64,000 bases of DNA, taken from the NCBI GenBank assembly GCA_965644495.1, contig CBFFSA010000044.1:5983-69982 (forward strand). The letters are read 5' to 3'. The notes beneath the pieces were generated by a model. The model was not told the origin of the DNA, made no database searches, and worked only from the letters and a program-made list of their open reading frames with translations. Below, piece after piece: positions 10,541-22,100 of the stretch. A program made the translations under genes and the position numbers. Positions within the stretch are counted from its first letter, which is position 1. Each line of letters opens with the position of its first letter. Source of the DNA: Perkinsela sp. CCAP 1560/9 (lineage: Eukaryota > Protista > Euglenozoa: Kinetoplastea).

Positions 10541-11022
10541 ACACTCCTCTGAATATTACATTTTCGCTGCTTTTAACATTTCGTTAATAATGTTTCGTTG
10601 CTTTCAGCCTTTGGTGATTAATAATGTTTCGTTGCTTTCAGCCTTTGGTGATTACTGTTTCGCTGCTTGGTTAGGTTTCAGCCTTTGGTTATTTTTGTTT
10701 TGCTGCTTGGTGATTATTGTTCCGCAGCTTTCAGCTCTTGGTTGTTACTGTTTCGCTGCTTTGGGTTATCACCGTTTCGCTGCTTTGAGTCGTCACTTTT
10801 TCGCTGCTTTCAGCATTCGGCTATTACTGTTTTGCTTTTTTGAGTAACATGTGAATAAATAAAGGAACGGAAAACACGTGAAACTATTATTTTGAGTATA
10901 CAGCAACATTGTATACTGCCATTGTATACTACAACAAGACGTTAAAGTCGTAAAAAAAAAGGGATGCTTGTCGGGCGTGGTACTGTCGTCTGGCGGCTCT
11001 ACATTTTCGGGAGACTTCTTTC
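7409..11022 (+). mobile_element. Lineage F non-LTR retrotransposon (divergent CRE/SLACS-like), 5'-truncated
   Basis: Starts right after A15 (7394-7408); RT+RLE ORF; repeat-rich 3'UTR with A9. Confidence 0.85.
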
Positions 11023-11130
11023 TTTTGGCTCTCAGCCAGCATACTATTTATTCACCCTTTCTGTTCTTCCCCGACTTGGTCTCCCACACCCCGACGTTCA
11101 TTCATTAACAAAATCATTGTTCATTAACAT

Positions 11131-11605
11131 TCATTTTTTCTTGTGTTTCTGCGGATCGTTCGATACAGAAAAGTCCAGATTCGGAGGTGTGAGATCGGGA
11201 AACGCTAGGATACTGGAACCATATGTGTGGTGGTGACCTTCCGATTTCCGAAAATAACGCATGCGCTGCTCCTTCACAGCCTTGTTGGATGACTTTAACT
11301 GGCTGGGTGAAGGATCATCTGCTCCCACGAATCGAAAACCTGAGGGGCAAGAAGACGAAGTAGAAGAGTCCGCTTCTTCAGACTGGACGTCGGATTGCTC
11401 GGTCGGACGGACTCTGGAGAAAAGTTCCTCCTCCGAGTTCGGTTGCGCGTGTCCAGTATCAGGAGTTGCACCTTCCCTAGAGTTTGTAATGCTGATCGCA
11501 ATCTCGTCGGCGCGCTGCGTTGATTCGGGCGAAGGGTACGGTGGAAGAGGCGTCGTATACAGTTCTTCGGCGTACGTGCTCGCACCTTTTACGAGGTCTT
11601 TGTTT
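11131..11605 (-). pseudogene. Fragment of a CRE-family N-terminus with LsmAD-like region (D/E-related)
   Basis: Minus strand reads NKDLVKGASTYAEELYTTPLPP..RADEIAISITNS..TPDTG..FPDLTP. Confidence 0.75.
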
Positions 11606-12191
11606 CTGTACCTTGTTGATTCATTTTAATTTTCTATTTTTCTACGCTTATGACACGCCTTTCTCGTACGTCTTCTCGTTTAGATTCCGAAAACACGCGG
11701 AAAAAGGGCAGCAGAACAACAGTGAACAACGGGAAGTCTCACGGGAGAGTTGAAAAACAACGTACTCAACGAGATCAAAGCAAGACGAACGGAATAAAGG
11801 TAGCAGAAGAATCAGGATCGCACACGGAGACACCAGTGAAGGTGAAGAAGACTCCAAAGATCAAGATAATAGGTTCCAAAACACTAGCCCCGAATTGGGC
11901 GGACCATGAGCCTCCGTGTGAAATCACATCGCGGAATCTAATCAAAATCAAAGCCAAGAACTTCCGCATCGGATCTACGAGTCAATCACACGAGAACATA
12001 GCCCATGACGAAAACCATATCCAAGAGGACCCAGCCAAAGAAATGTCCGAAACAGAAAGCGAGACCAGTGATACAATGTGTCTGGACGACGATGGATCGA
12101 CGCAAGATCGAGTACAGGAGCTAATGACACAGGTCGGCAACAAATCGCCCGACCAAGTGTACAACATCGTTTCCAAGTGGGGCAAGGGTAC
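11602..12191 (+). mobile_element. 5' fragment of an F-related element (SL remnant 11602-11618, ATG 11650)
   Basis: Ends SPDQVYNIVSKWGKGT, similar to lineage F APDHINTIIHEWGKGT. Confidence 0.65.
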
Positions 12192-12237
12192 TTTTTTTTT
12201 TTGTCTTAACAAAAGAAGGGGTCTTAACAAAAGAAAG

Positions 12238-12371
12238 TTTTTTTTTTTTTTTTTTTTTTTTTTTGCAAATAATTGGGGGGAATAGTATTGGGTCTAACTT
12301 TTTATGTATGGAGTCCAACTTTTCCACAATTTCCACACTTACGGCCCTTCACTATGTTGGTACGACGGGCG

Positions 12372-12375
<4 letters not shown>
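12238..12375 (-). mobile_element. Short polyadenylated 3'-terminal fragment of an additional family
   Basis: Minus strand ends ..AAAGTTAGACCCAATACTATTCCCCCCAATTATTTGC-An, a variant of the A/B terminus. Confidence 0.7.
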
Positions 12376-12406
<31 letters not shown>

Positions 12407-12660
12407 ACTTTCCTACTTACTTTACTTCGCCCTTATCAACTTCGCCCGCTTCTCTCCCTTATCTCCACCCCTCAAAGAAACCATCCGCGACTTTCCGACT
12501 TCACCCGCTTCTTTCCCTCACTTCCCCCCCCCCGAGCATCCATCCGCGCCTTCCAAACTTTGCCCTCCTCTTTCCCTCACTTCCCCCCAGAAATCAATCC
12601 GCGCGTGCTCCACCCCTTCTTCCAGCAGTGCGCGCTTCGGACCGGGTCTCTCGACCTCTC
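12376..12660 (-). mobile_element. Polyadenylated 3'UTR fragment, A-related
   Basis: Starts GAGAGGTC-GAGA-GACCCGGTCC (variant of the shared structure), purine-rich, ends GTAGGAAAGTAAGT-An as in the family A UTR. Confidence 0.65.
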
Positions 12661-14762
12661 TTTTTTTTTTTTGCAGTTAATAAGGGGGGAGAAGTATGAA
12701 TCGCGGCATTGCCTCTATATTTTGACCCAGTATACGAACCAAGTACATAGTAGGTCCATTGGGGGGGTATACGAATTTAAAACAAGCAATCAAATTAGCA
12801 AATCTTTTTATTTCCACAGAAGTATATTTTCTTTTTCTTTTTTCTCAGCCCAAAACTAGCAATTCAATCTCCCCTAGGTATATACGACAAACAAGACACA
12901 GTAAAAATAAAAACAAGCAATGCAGGCCCAATCCATTCGCGCGTTCCGGACCGGGTCTTTCGACCACTCCACGGCCTGACTTGTGAACCCGTCCCTTGCT
13001 ATATGGGAGGGCGCAGGCGCGGGCCTGTGTCGACAGCGACACGGTCGCGAAACAGGATGCTGGCCGACGGGGAGGAGATTCACTGCCCGTGTACTACCTC
13101 ACTTGGGGTACCTAGCCCTCGCGGGCTAGGCGTGAGCATAGACTCTGTCGACCCGACCAGCACCCGTCCTGGATACCATGGCGTCTTCGTGCTGAAATAG
13201 GACTGTCAGTAGAGGCTTAAGCCTCTACCAAAGGATCCGCTGGGTCCTCTACGCGGATGCGCGAAACCATCATCCTGGCTTGAGAACGCATTAGCGTCAC
13301 GTTCAGATCTGTTAGGAGATCGTTTCGCGCTTGGTCTCGTGAAAGGAGCCCTTTGGATGCATTCGCCCGTTGGGTTCCGATGTCCCGGAGTAACGCTAGC
13401 GCACTCTCGCTCCAGGAACCAAAGGATTCCACCACCATCGCTGTGAAGAGGTGTCCTGCTTTTTCTGCTTCTTGTCGCTGTCGCGCCTTGGTCTCCGCGA
13501 AGTGCTCGGCAAAAGACCCCGGGGTCACCCAGCTAGCATTGTGGACTGAGTCCAAATACTTTGTTTGCTGTGCGTGAGTGACCGCAAAATCTAGGACCAT
13601 GCCTTGCGCTAAAGATCCTTTGGCGATGGAGGCAGTTGGCAGAAATACGTCTGCTGGTCTCGTGAGAGCCCCCCCAGGACCCCGATTTCCCAAACTCTTC
13701 TCTCTCTGTGGCGCCAGGAAGGCTCTGCTGCAGAACGATGTAAATTGTTGGGCCAGAGCGTTGTGCCGTGAGATGATACCATGGCCGTTCTTGCAGAGCA
13801 AAGCGTGCTCTCCATTCTTGAGCAAGGGAAGGGTGCACCCGTCAGCTGGGCAAGGCCGATCTTCGGGGAAGACGTCCATGCCTAGCCACCAGCGTGTTAG
13901 GGTACGAAACTCCGTGTGGGTGAAAGCGTAGCCTCTGGTCTTGGAGGGAGTTGCGAAAGCCCAGTTTCCGGCCCCTTTTCCGGACTGCGAGATCCATCGC
14001 GCCCGCGTTCTTGCGTCTGCCTTTGAATATGCCGTTTGAAATTCCCTATCCGAGATAGCTTGGCTGAGATGTTTTTGCCTCGGGATGATCTTTTCCTGAT
14101 CCGTCGAGACCGGGAGAAGGGCGTGATTGAGGGATTGTGCGAGTTTTCTTTTCGCTGGGCGGGAAAGGATGCTCCGATTTGCATGATATTCACCAGGCAC
14201 ACTAGGTTTGGTAATGCGTCCAGTGTATGGATCAACCAGATCAGTCCCAACTTTGTCATTTATGTCATGTGCTGAGCTGGAAAATCCCTCAGCTTCTGTG
14301 GGGTCCCAGTTGTCCAAGCTAGCGGCGTGCGCGACGGAAGAAACGTAGGCTGCTGACTGGTGGAGAATTGATGAGCGAAGTCCGAACCCGCCGTGGCGTT
14401 TTGGTCGTTGTATTTGGTCGCGAGCGGCGACGCCTAAGGGAGAAATTGCGTGCTCCACGGCCTGGACTAGATGAGAGTCAAGTTTTTGGCATAATTCTCC
14501 AAGGGCTTGGGGAGGAGTGGTACGCAGTGCGTACACCATCTGACAAAACCCCGAACATTGCCGTATTAGTGCGAGAGCTATTTGGGGATCTTCTAACACA
14601 GCAGTAGCTTCTAATGTTTCGCGGGCTGGTTCAATCGCGTGTGTCATGAGAAACTCCGCACAGTGTTCCGCAGAGCCTATTGGGCTTCCAAGAATGTCGA
14701 AGTTCCCGTCGTACCGTATTTTATCACTGGGGATGTCAGGAAAGAAAACGGAGGTATGAGCT

Positions 14763-14765
<3 letters not shown>
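12661..14765 (-). mobile_element. Family C1 element, 5'-truncated (CDS part 13217-14765)
   Basis: Encodes end of RT and RLE (RPAD..LDFAVTH); structured 3'UTR 12933-13165; poly(A) tail. Confidence 0.88.
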
Positions 14766-14793
<28 letters not shown>

Positions 14794-17700
14794 GCAATTA
14801 ATAGGGGGGAAGAGTATGAGTTCTAACTTTCTATGAATGTACGGTATCAGTTTTTTTTTTTTTTTTTTCAAATTTATCTCTATAAATCAATCTACAACAA
14901 ATCACTCTATTTGACGAAACCAAACTAAAGAAAAGAAAAAGAAAAGAAAAATGCATCACCCTCTAATTCAGGAGCAGAGGTGGATCCGGGTCATCTTCTG
15001 CCATCCGCGCCACCATCATACGAGCCTGAGCTCGCATTAAAGTGACATTCAAGTCACGGATGAGATTTGCCGTCGCCGTTCCCCTGTCCATCGTCCCTTG
15101 GGACGTAGCAGAGCGCCACGCTCCAACCTTCTTAAGCACAGCGAGGGCGCTGTCGGACCACGAGCCATAGGAGCCTACGACCATGGCCGCGAAGTCGTGC
15201 CCAGCAGTCTCGGCGTCCCGTCGCTGCACCTGCTTATGGCTTGTGGCATAGCTCTCGGCGAATGATCCCGCCGTCACCCCGTTAGCGTTACGGACGAGGT
15301 CCGCGTATTTGGGTTGCTGAACGTGGGTAACGGCGAAATCAAGCACCAGAGACTTGCCTAAGCCAATGCTGGGCAAAACGACATCACCAGGCCTCGTGGG
15401 CGCTCCAGCGGGACCGCGATTGCCAAGACTTACCTCCCGTTGGGGGGCGAGGTGCGCCTTACTGCAGAAATCGACAAATTGACACGCCAACGCGTTGTGG
15501 CGCGTCATGATGCCATGTCCACACTTACAGGACACGGCATGGTCGCCTTTTGGTCCCAACGGTTGCTGACACCTCCCCATAGGACAGGGCCGCGTTCCGG
15601 GGTAAATGTCTGCTCCCAACCACCAGCGGGACAAGGCGCGAAACTCAGTAGGAGTGTAAGAGTATCCTCTCTCCTTGGAGGGAATAACGAATGCCCAACT
15701 CGCGGCCCCTCTCCCAGTTTGCGAAATCAAACGTGCGCGTGTGTTGAAGTCTGCTGCCTCATATGCTGAAGAAAATTCCCGGTCGCCTATCTCGCGACAA
15801 AGGTGTTTCTGTCGCGGGATAATCAGCTTTTCATTCATCCCGGCATCTAGGCTGTGATCATGGTGTGCATTGAGAGGGTTGGTTGATGCGTTATAATCTT
15901 TGTGGATTAGTGCCTCCTGTATTTTGCCGGTTGTCGAATCCACCAAAGTCTTTCCCGCCTGGCGGTTAACACGCTCCACTGCCTCGGAAAACCATTTCGC
16001 CTCGGACGGTGCCCAGTCATCTTGAGAACCCGCAAAGGCTGCTGAAGAGACATAAGCTGCAGATGAATGTATAACGGAGGATCTTAGGCCAAAACCACCG
16101 TGTCTCTTGTCGCGTTGGATTTGTGCTCGTGCCGGGGCGTCTAGAGGACAGAGTATAAGCTCCGTAGCGCGGAGCACGGCGTTATCAAGCCTCTGACAGA
16201 GGTCTACCATGTATTTTGGTGGCGTTGTGCGGAGGGAGTAGACTAATTGGCAAAAGCCAGCGCAGTGGCGAATTAGCGTGAGGGCTACCTGTGGGTCTTC
16301 TAGTATGCCTATCGCCTTTAGAGTTGCTTCCGCAGGTTCGATCGCAAACTCACGTAGGTATTCAATACAGAACTCTTCTGACCCTACTGGGCTACCCAAA
16401 ATGCTAAAGTTTCCTTCGTGATTTTTCATTCTGGCTGGGATGGTAGTGAATGAGTCCGTGCAACGCGAGGATACCGGATGAGATATTATCTCGCATTTAC
16501 TCGCATTAAGATGGAGCCCCCACTGAGGTCCCGCACATGCTATAGCATCCAACGCCCTCCGTACGCTGTCGGATTTTCCGGCTAAAACACCGTCATCGAG
16601 ATACCAAAGGTGCAAGAGGAGTCCGCTGGGCACTTCATTCTCGATCAGTTCAGTAATCTCTCGCAGAACCATGGAGAAAAGGAGGGGCCCTAAAGGGTCC
16701 CCCTGTTGAACTCCTTCGGTGGAGGCAACTGTTTGAGAACCATATGTGAGTGCGCTATCGGTGGAGTAGCACCAATTTATCCAAGGAGTCAACTCGGGGA
16801 AGTGCTTTTCTGATAGAGATATGAACGCCGCCCTGGAAACCGTATTGAATGCGTTACGAAGGTCCACCTTGCATAAGACAAACTCTGGGTCATTCTTTGT
16901 GGACTCCACCACTTGGCGGCAGAGGTGGATAACCCTTTCGGAGCCAGATGCCGTTGCCACACCATATTGACGTCCTTGGAAAAGTGTGCTAGCTTTGGAC
17001 TTTACAACAGAGCAGGCAGCCTTGCTGACCATGCGGCGCAACGTTTCCCCTGCTGCGATAGGTCTTACATCATTTTGCCCTTTCTGCAATGCACACAATC
17101 GAGCCCCTGCGTAATATTGTTGTGCTTCAACTGGAGCCTTACCGGCGAGTAGGTGATTGGCAAGCTTTGTGAGACTCTCGAGGGGATGAACATCCGTGTC
17201 AGTTCCAGCGAATAATGCCGCTTGTATGTGTTCCGCTCGTAGCGCCATGGTTCCACCTGAGGAGCCCCTGTTAAAGCTTTGGATCGCCTTTCGTACATCA
17301 TCCTCATTGACAGTCAAGGAAATGATTTCGTTGGAGGACGGTGCGCTTTGGCGTAGTGGACCGAACAGCCGGCTCGGGTGCTTGGTGACTAGTTTGTTAT
17401 ATGTCTCCTCATTGTCGGGTGCCATTGGCGCCGAAGTGAGTGCAGCTATTCCTCGAGAAACTTCTCCTTGACGGACCAGTAGTTCGGAGCGAATCGCTTT
17501 CTTTTCCTCATCCAGTAGTGTACCTGCTCCGGATCCTTGCTTCCTCTTCTTCTGGTGTTCAAGTACAGCTTCTTTCCACAGGGCTGAATATTCGTGTGCT
17601 TCCCAGCGATCCAGACATTTCCGCACGTGGGAGGCGTACGAGCTATTTCCCTTTCGTCCTCTTCTATGCGGGGCTGGAAGGACACATTTCGGAAGCATCG

Positions 17701-19102
17701 CTAGTCGTGTCCATGCAGCGACGGTGTTCTCCCTCTCGGCTGTTGCGACGGTGGCTGTTAGGACCGTAGCCCACTGGCGTCGGCATCGGAAAGGAACGTC
17801 TTTGGACGTGGTCATAGGTGTTGTACAGACCGCTCTTAGGCTAGGGAAACATGGTGGGTCTATAGTGGGCGGTAAGCTAGATTCCTCTGGCGTCTCTGAA
17901 GGGTACGCGGGGTCAGGAAGATCTGTTGTTGGTGATGGCTGTGTGGGAGGTGGGTCCGCCCCGTAGCATTGAATTGAATGGGCTTCCTTCTTGGTCAACA
18001 CAAAATGTTTGTTGCACACCGTGCAAAGAAATCTGCCTTCACGTGCCCACCACTCTAGCGGTATGCCTTCGGCGTGTCGGGAGGCCACATGATTATAAAA
18101 AGCTTGCCATTTGCCGCCGTGGGATTGTGCGGACCACGCACATCCGTCTGCCGGACAGTACCGACGTTCCGGGAGGGGCGGGTCCCCCGCAGAATGAAGA
18201 GGTGGCACGACAGCTTCCGTTGCAGGACCAGCTAGAGTCACAGCGCGGTGAGGGTCGCATAGTACGGTCTCCTGAGTTGAGTCAGTCTCGTCGGTTGGGG
18301 ATACAGGAATCAATAACTCAAAGCTAGGAGGATTGCTCAAGGTAACAGAGAACGTGGTGGGGGGGGCAGGTTGCGGTGAGACACAATTTCGTTTACGTGT
18401 GCAGAGGTTTAGCGTCACAGGGGGGTCATGACCTGGTGCGGCAACGTCCTTGGAACGAAGTGAAAGCAGACCACGCGTTTTCAATATAATGCTCCCGACC
18501 AGGCATGCGACTGTCCAAGTCACCGTGCATCCTAGGGCGAGGACGTTCCCTACAATAACGCTAGTGTACTTAAGTATGAAGAAGACGATCGTCACCAGTA
18601 CGTATGCAAACTGTATGTATGTGATGGGAACTGTCAATAGGCGCCTCCACTGCGCCGTGCGGGCTGGGGCGTGTGCACGCTTACAGCACTGGTGTCTGCA
18701 CGTCGACTTTACCTTGCAGCTGTGGTGGCACGGTTTCGTGGACAGATTTTCCTGCGTCGCGTGTGGCCGCGTGAATTCCGTACCAGTGTTGAGATCGCGC
18801 TTGCAACAACTGTGTTTGCATGTCAGTTTGTTTTTACATATGTGTTTGCAAGGATTAGTGGAATCTTCGCGAGGGAGATCAGAAATTTTTACCGGTGAAT
18901 CCGTCGGAGAAGTTTTTGCGTCGTGGGGATTTGGAAGCAAGGAATCCTTCAGGGGGCGGTTCTTATGTCCGCGGCACAAAGGTAAGGGTGGTGTTTCAAT
19001 GTGTTGGCCCGAGCGTATGGCTACGGAGCGAGTCAACGCGACCATTTGGAGAGGATTAGTAAATAAATCAACAAGGTACAGAAACTGTATCTTTATCGTT
19101 AA

Positions 19103-19104
<2 letters not shown>
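14766..19104 (-). mobile_element. Family B copy 1, full length, SL at 19069-19104
   Basis: SL, 23-nt 5'UTR, 1360-aa ORF, 3'UTR with internal A-tract, terminal module, poly(A). Confidence 0.93.
14963..19045 (-). CDS. Family B polyprotein: 2x Cys/His knuckle, hydrophobic segment, zinc fingers, RT, RLE
   Basis: GVQQGDPLGP, WYLDD, CPMGRC..HAVSC, RPGD..LDFAVTH. Confidence 0.93.
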   Translation of the reverse strand: MVALTRSVAIRSGQHIETPPLPLCRGHKNRPLKDSLLPNPHDAKTSPTDSPVKISDLPREDSTNPCKHICKNKLTCKHSCCKRDLNTGTEFTRPHATQENLSTKPCHHSCKVKSTCRHQCCKRAHAPARTAQWRRLLTVPITYIQFAYVLVTIVFFILKYTSVIVGNVLALGCTVTWTVACLVGSIILKTRGLLSLRSKDVAAPGHDPPVTLNLCTRKRNCVSPQPAPPTTFSVTLSNPPSFELLIPVSPTDETDSTQETVLCDPHRAVTLAGPATEAVVPPLHSAGDPPLPERRYCPADGCAWSAQSHGGKWQAFYNHVASRHAEGIPLEWWAREGRFLCTVCNKHFVLTKKEAHSIQCYGADPPPTQPSPTTDLPDPAYPSETPEESSLPPTIDPPCFPSLRAVCTTPMTTSKDVPFRCRRQWATVLTATVATAERENTVAAWTRLAMLPKCVLPAPHRRGRKGNSSYASHVRKCLDRWEAHEYSALWKEAVLEHQKKRKQGSGAGTLLDEEKKAIRSELLVRQGEVSRGIAALTSAPMAPDNEETYNKLVTKHPSRLFGPLRQSAPSSNEIISLTVNEDDVRKAIQSFNRGSSGGTMALRAEHIQAALFAGTDTDVHPLESLTKLANHLLAGKAPVEAQQYYAGARLCALQKGQNDVRPIAAGETLRRMVSKAACSVVKSKASTLFQGRQYGVATASGSERVIHLCRQVVESTKNDPEFVLCKVDLRNAFNTVSRAAFISLSEKHFPELTPWINWCYSTDSALTYGSQTVASTEGVQQGDPLGPLLFSMVLREITELIENEVPSGLLLHLWYLDDGVLAGKSDSVRRALDAIACAGPQWGLHLNASKCEIISHPVSSRCTDSFTTIPARMKNHEGNFSILGSPVGSEEFCIEYLREFAIEPAEATLKAIGILEDPQVALTLIRHCAGFCQLVYSLRTTPPKYMVDLCQRLDNAVLRATELILCPLDAPARAQIQRDKRHGGFGLRSSVIHSSAAYVSSAAFAGSQDDWAPSEAKWFSEAVERVNRQAGKTLVDSTTGKIQEALIHKDYNASTNPLNAHHDHSLDAGMNEKLIIPRQKHLCREIGDREFSSAYEAADFNTRARLISQTGRGAASWAFVIPSKERGYSYTPTEFRALSRWWLGADIYPGTRPCPMGRCQQPLGPKGDHAVSCKCGHGIMTRHNALACQFVDFCSKAHLAPQREVSLGNRGPAGAPTRPGDVVLPSIGLGKSLVLDFAVTHVQQPKYADLVRNANGVTAGSFAESYATSHKQVQRRDAETAGHDFAAMVVGSYGSWSDSALAVLKKVGAWRSATSQGTMDRGTATANLIRDLNVTLMRAQARMMVARMAEDDPDPPLLLN

Positions 19105-19141
<37 letters not shown>

Positions 19142-22100
19142 AGTTCTAACTTTCTATGAATGTACGGTATCAGTTTTTTTTTTTTTTTTTTTCAAATTTA
19201 TCTCTATAAATCAATCTACAACAAATCACTCTATTTGACGAAACCAAACTAAAGAAAAGAAAAAGAAAAGAAAAATGCATCACCCTCTAATTCAGGAGCA
19301 GAGGTGGATCCGGGTCATCTTCTGCCATCCGCGCCACCATCATACGAGCCTGAGCTCGCATTAAAGTGACATTCAAGTCACGGATGAGATTTGCCGTCGC
19401 CGTTCCCCTGTCCATCGTCCCTTGGGACGTAGCAGAGCGCCACGCTCCAACCTTCTTAAGCACAGCGAGGGCGCTGTCGGACCACGAGCCATAGGAGCCT
19501 ACGACCATGGCCGCGAAGTCGTGCCCAGCAGTCTCGGCGTCCCGTCGCTGCACCTGCTTATGGCTTGTGGCATAGCTCTCGGCGAATGATCCCGCCGTCA
19601 CCCCGTTAGCGTTACGGACGAGGTCCGCGTATTTGGGTTGCTGAACGTGGGTAACGGCGAAATCAAGCACCAGAGACTTGCCTAAGCCAATGCTGGGCAA
19701 AACGACATCACCAGGCCTCGTGGGCGCTCCAGCGGGACCGCGATTGCCAAGACTTACCTCCCGTTGGGGGGCGAGGTGCGCCTTACTGCAGAAATCGACA
19801 AATTGACACGCCAGCGCGTTGTGGCGCGTCATGATGCCATGTCCACACTTACAGGACACGGCATGGTCGCCTTTTGGTCCCAACGGTTGCTGACACCTCC
19901 CCATAGGACAGGGCCGCGTTCCGGGGTAAATGTCTGCTCCCAACCACCAGCGGGACAAGGCGCGAAACTCAGTAGGAGTGTAAGAGTATCCTCTCTCCTT
20001 GGAGGGAATAACGAATGCCCAACTCGCGGCCCCTCTCCCAGTTTGCGAAATCAAACGTGCGCGTGTGTTGAAGTCTGCTGCCTCATATGCTGAAGAAAAT
20101 TCCCGGTCGCCTATCTCGCGACAAAGGTGTTTCTGTCGCGGGATAATCAGCTTTTCATTCATCCCGGCATCTAGGCTGTGATCATGGTGTGCATTGAGAG
20201 GGTTGGTTGATGCGTTATAATCTTTGTGGATTAGTGCCTCCTGTATTTTGCCGGTTGTCGAATCCACCAAAGTCTTTCCCGCCTGGCGGTTAACACGCTC
20301 CACTGCCTCGGAAAACCATTTCGCCTCGGACGGTGCCCAGTCATCTTGAGAACCCGCAAAGGCTGCTGAAGAGACATAAGCTGCAGATGAATGTATAACG
20401 GAGGATCTTAGGCCAAAACCACCGTGTCTCTTGTCGCGTTGGATTTGTGCTCGTGCCGGGGCGTCTAGAGGACAGAGTATAAGCTCCGTAGCGCGGAGCA
20501 CGGCGTTATCAAGCCTCTGACAGAGGTCTACCATGTATTTTGGTGGCGTTGTGCGGAGGGAGTAGACTAATTGGCAAAAGCCAGCGCAGTGGCGAATTAG
20601 CGTGAGGGCTACCTGTGGGTCTTCTAGTATGCCTATCGCCTTTAGAGTTGCTTCCGCAGGTTCGATCGCAAACTCACGTAGGTATTCAATACAGAACTCT
20701 TCTGACCCTACTGGGCTACCCAAAATGCTAAAGTTTCCTTCGTGATTTTTCATTCTGGCTGGGATGGTAGTGAATGAGTCCGTGCAACGCGAGGATACCG
20801 GATGAGATATTATCTCGCATTTACTCGCATTAAGATGGAGCCCCCACTGAGGTCCCGCACATGCTATAGCATCCAACGCCCTCCGTACGCTGTCGGATTT
20901 TCCGGCTAAAACACCGTCATCGAGATACCAAAGGTGCAAGAGGAGTCCGCTGGGCACTTCATTCTCGATCAGTTCAGTAATCTCTCGCAGAACCATGGAG
21001 AAAAGGAGGGGCCCTAAAGGGTCCCCCTGTTGAACTCCTTCGGTGGAGGCAACTGTTTGAGAACCATATGTGAGTGCGCTATCGGTGGAGTAGCACCAAT
21101 TTATCCAAGGAGTCAACTCGGGGAAGTGCTTTTCTGATAGAGATATGAACGCCGCCCTGGAAACCGTATTGAATGCGTTACGAAGGTCCACCTTGCATAA
21201 GACAAACTCTGGGTCATTCTTTGTGGACTCCACCACTTGGCGGCAGAGGTGGATAACCCTTTCGGAGCCAGATGCCGTTGCCACACCATATTGACGTCCT
21301 TGGAAAAGTGTGCTAGCTTTGGACTTTACAACAGAGCAGGCAGCCTTGCTGACCATGCGGCGCAACGTTTCCCCTGCTGCGATAGGTCTTACATCATTTT
21401 GCCCTTTCTGCAATGCACACAATCGAGCCCCTGCGTAATATTGTTGTGCTTCAACTGGAGCCTTACCGGCGAGTAGGTGATTGGCAAGCTTTGTGAGACT
21501 CTCGAGGGGATGAACATCCGTGTCAGTTCCAGCGAATAATGCCGCTTGTATGTGTTCCGCTCGTAGCGCCATGGTTCCACCTGAGGAGCCCCTGTTAAAG
21601 CTTTGGATCGCCTTTCGTACATCATCCTCATTGACAGTCAAGGAAATGATTTCGTTGGAGGACGGTGCGCTTTGGCGTAGTGGACCGAACAGCCGGCTCG
21701 GGTGCTTGGTGACTAGTTTGTTATATGTCTCCTCATTGTCGGGTGCCATTGGCGCCGAAGTGAGTGCAGCTATTCCTCGAGAAACTTCTCCTTGACGGAC
21801 CAGTAGTTCGGAGCGAATCGCTTTCTTTTCCTCATCCAGTAGTGTACCTGCTCCGGATCCTTGCTTCCTCTTCTTCTGGTGTTCAAGTACAGCTTCTTTC
21901 CACAGGGCTGAATATTCGTGTGCTTCCCAGCGATCCAGACATTTCCGCACGTGGGAGGCGTACGAGCTATTTCCCTTTCGTCCTCTTCTATGCGGGGCTG
22001 GAAGGACACATTTCGGAAGCATCGCTAGTCGTGTCCATGCAGCGACGGTGTTCTCCCTCTCGGCTGTTGCGACGGTGGCTGTTAGGACCGTAGCCCACTG

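Noticed and set aside
15440-19142. Many short overlapping or antisense ORFs recurring in each copy
   Set aside because: They recur only because the copies are near-identical and are not conserved between families
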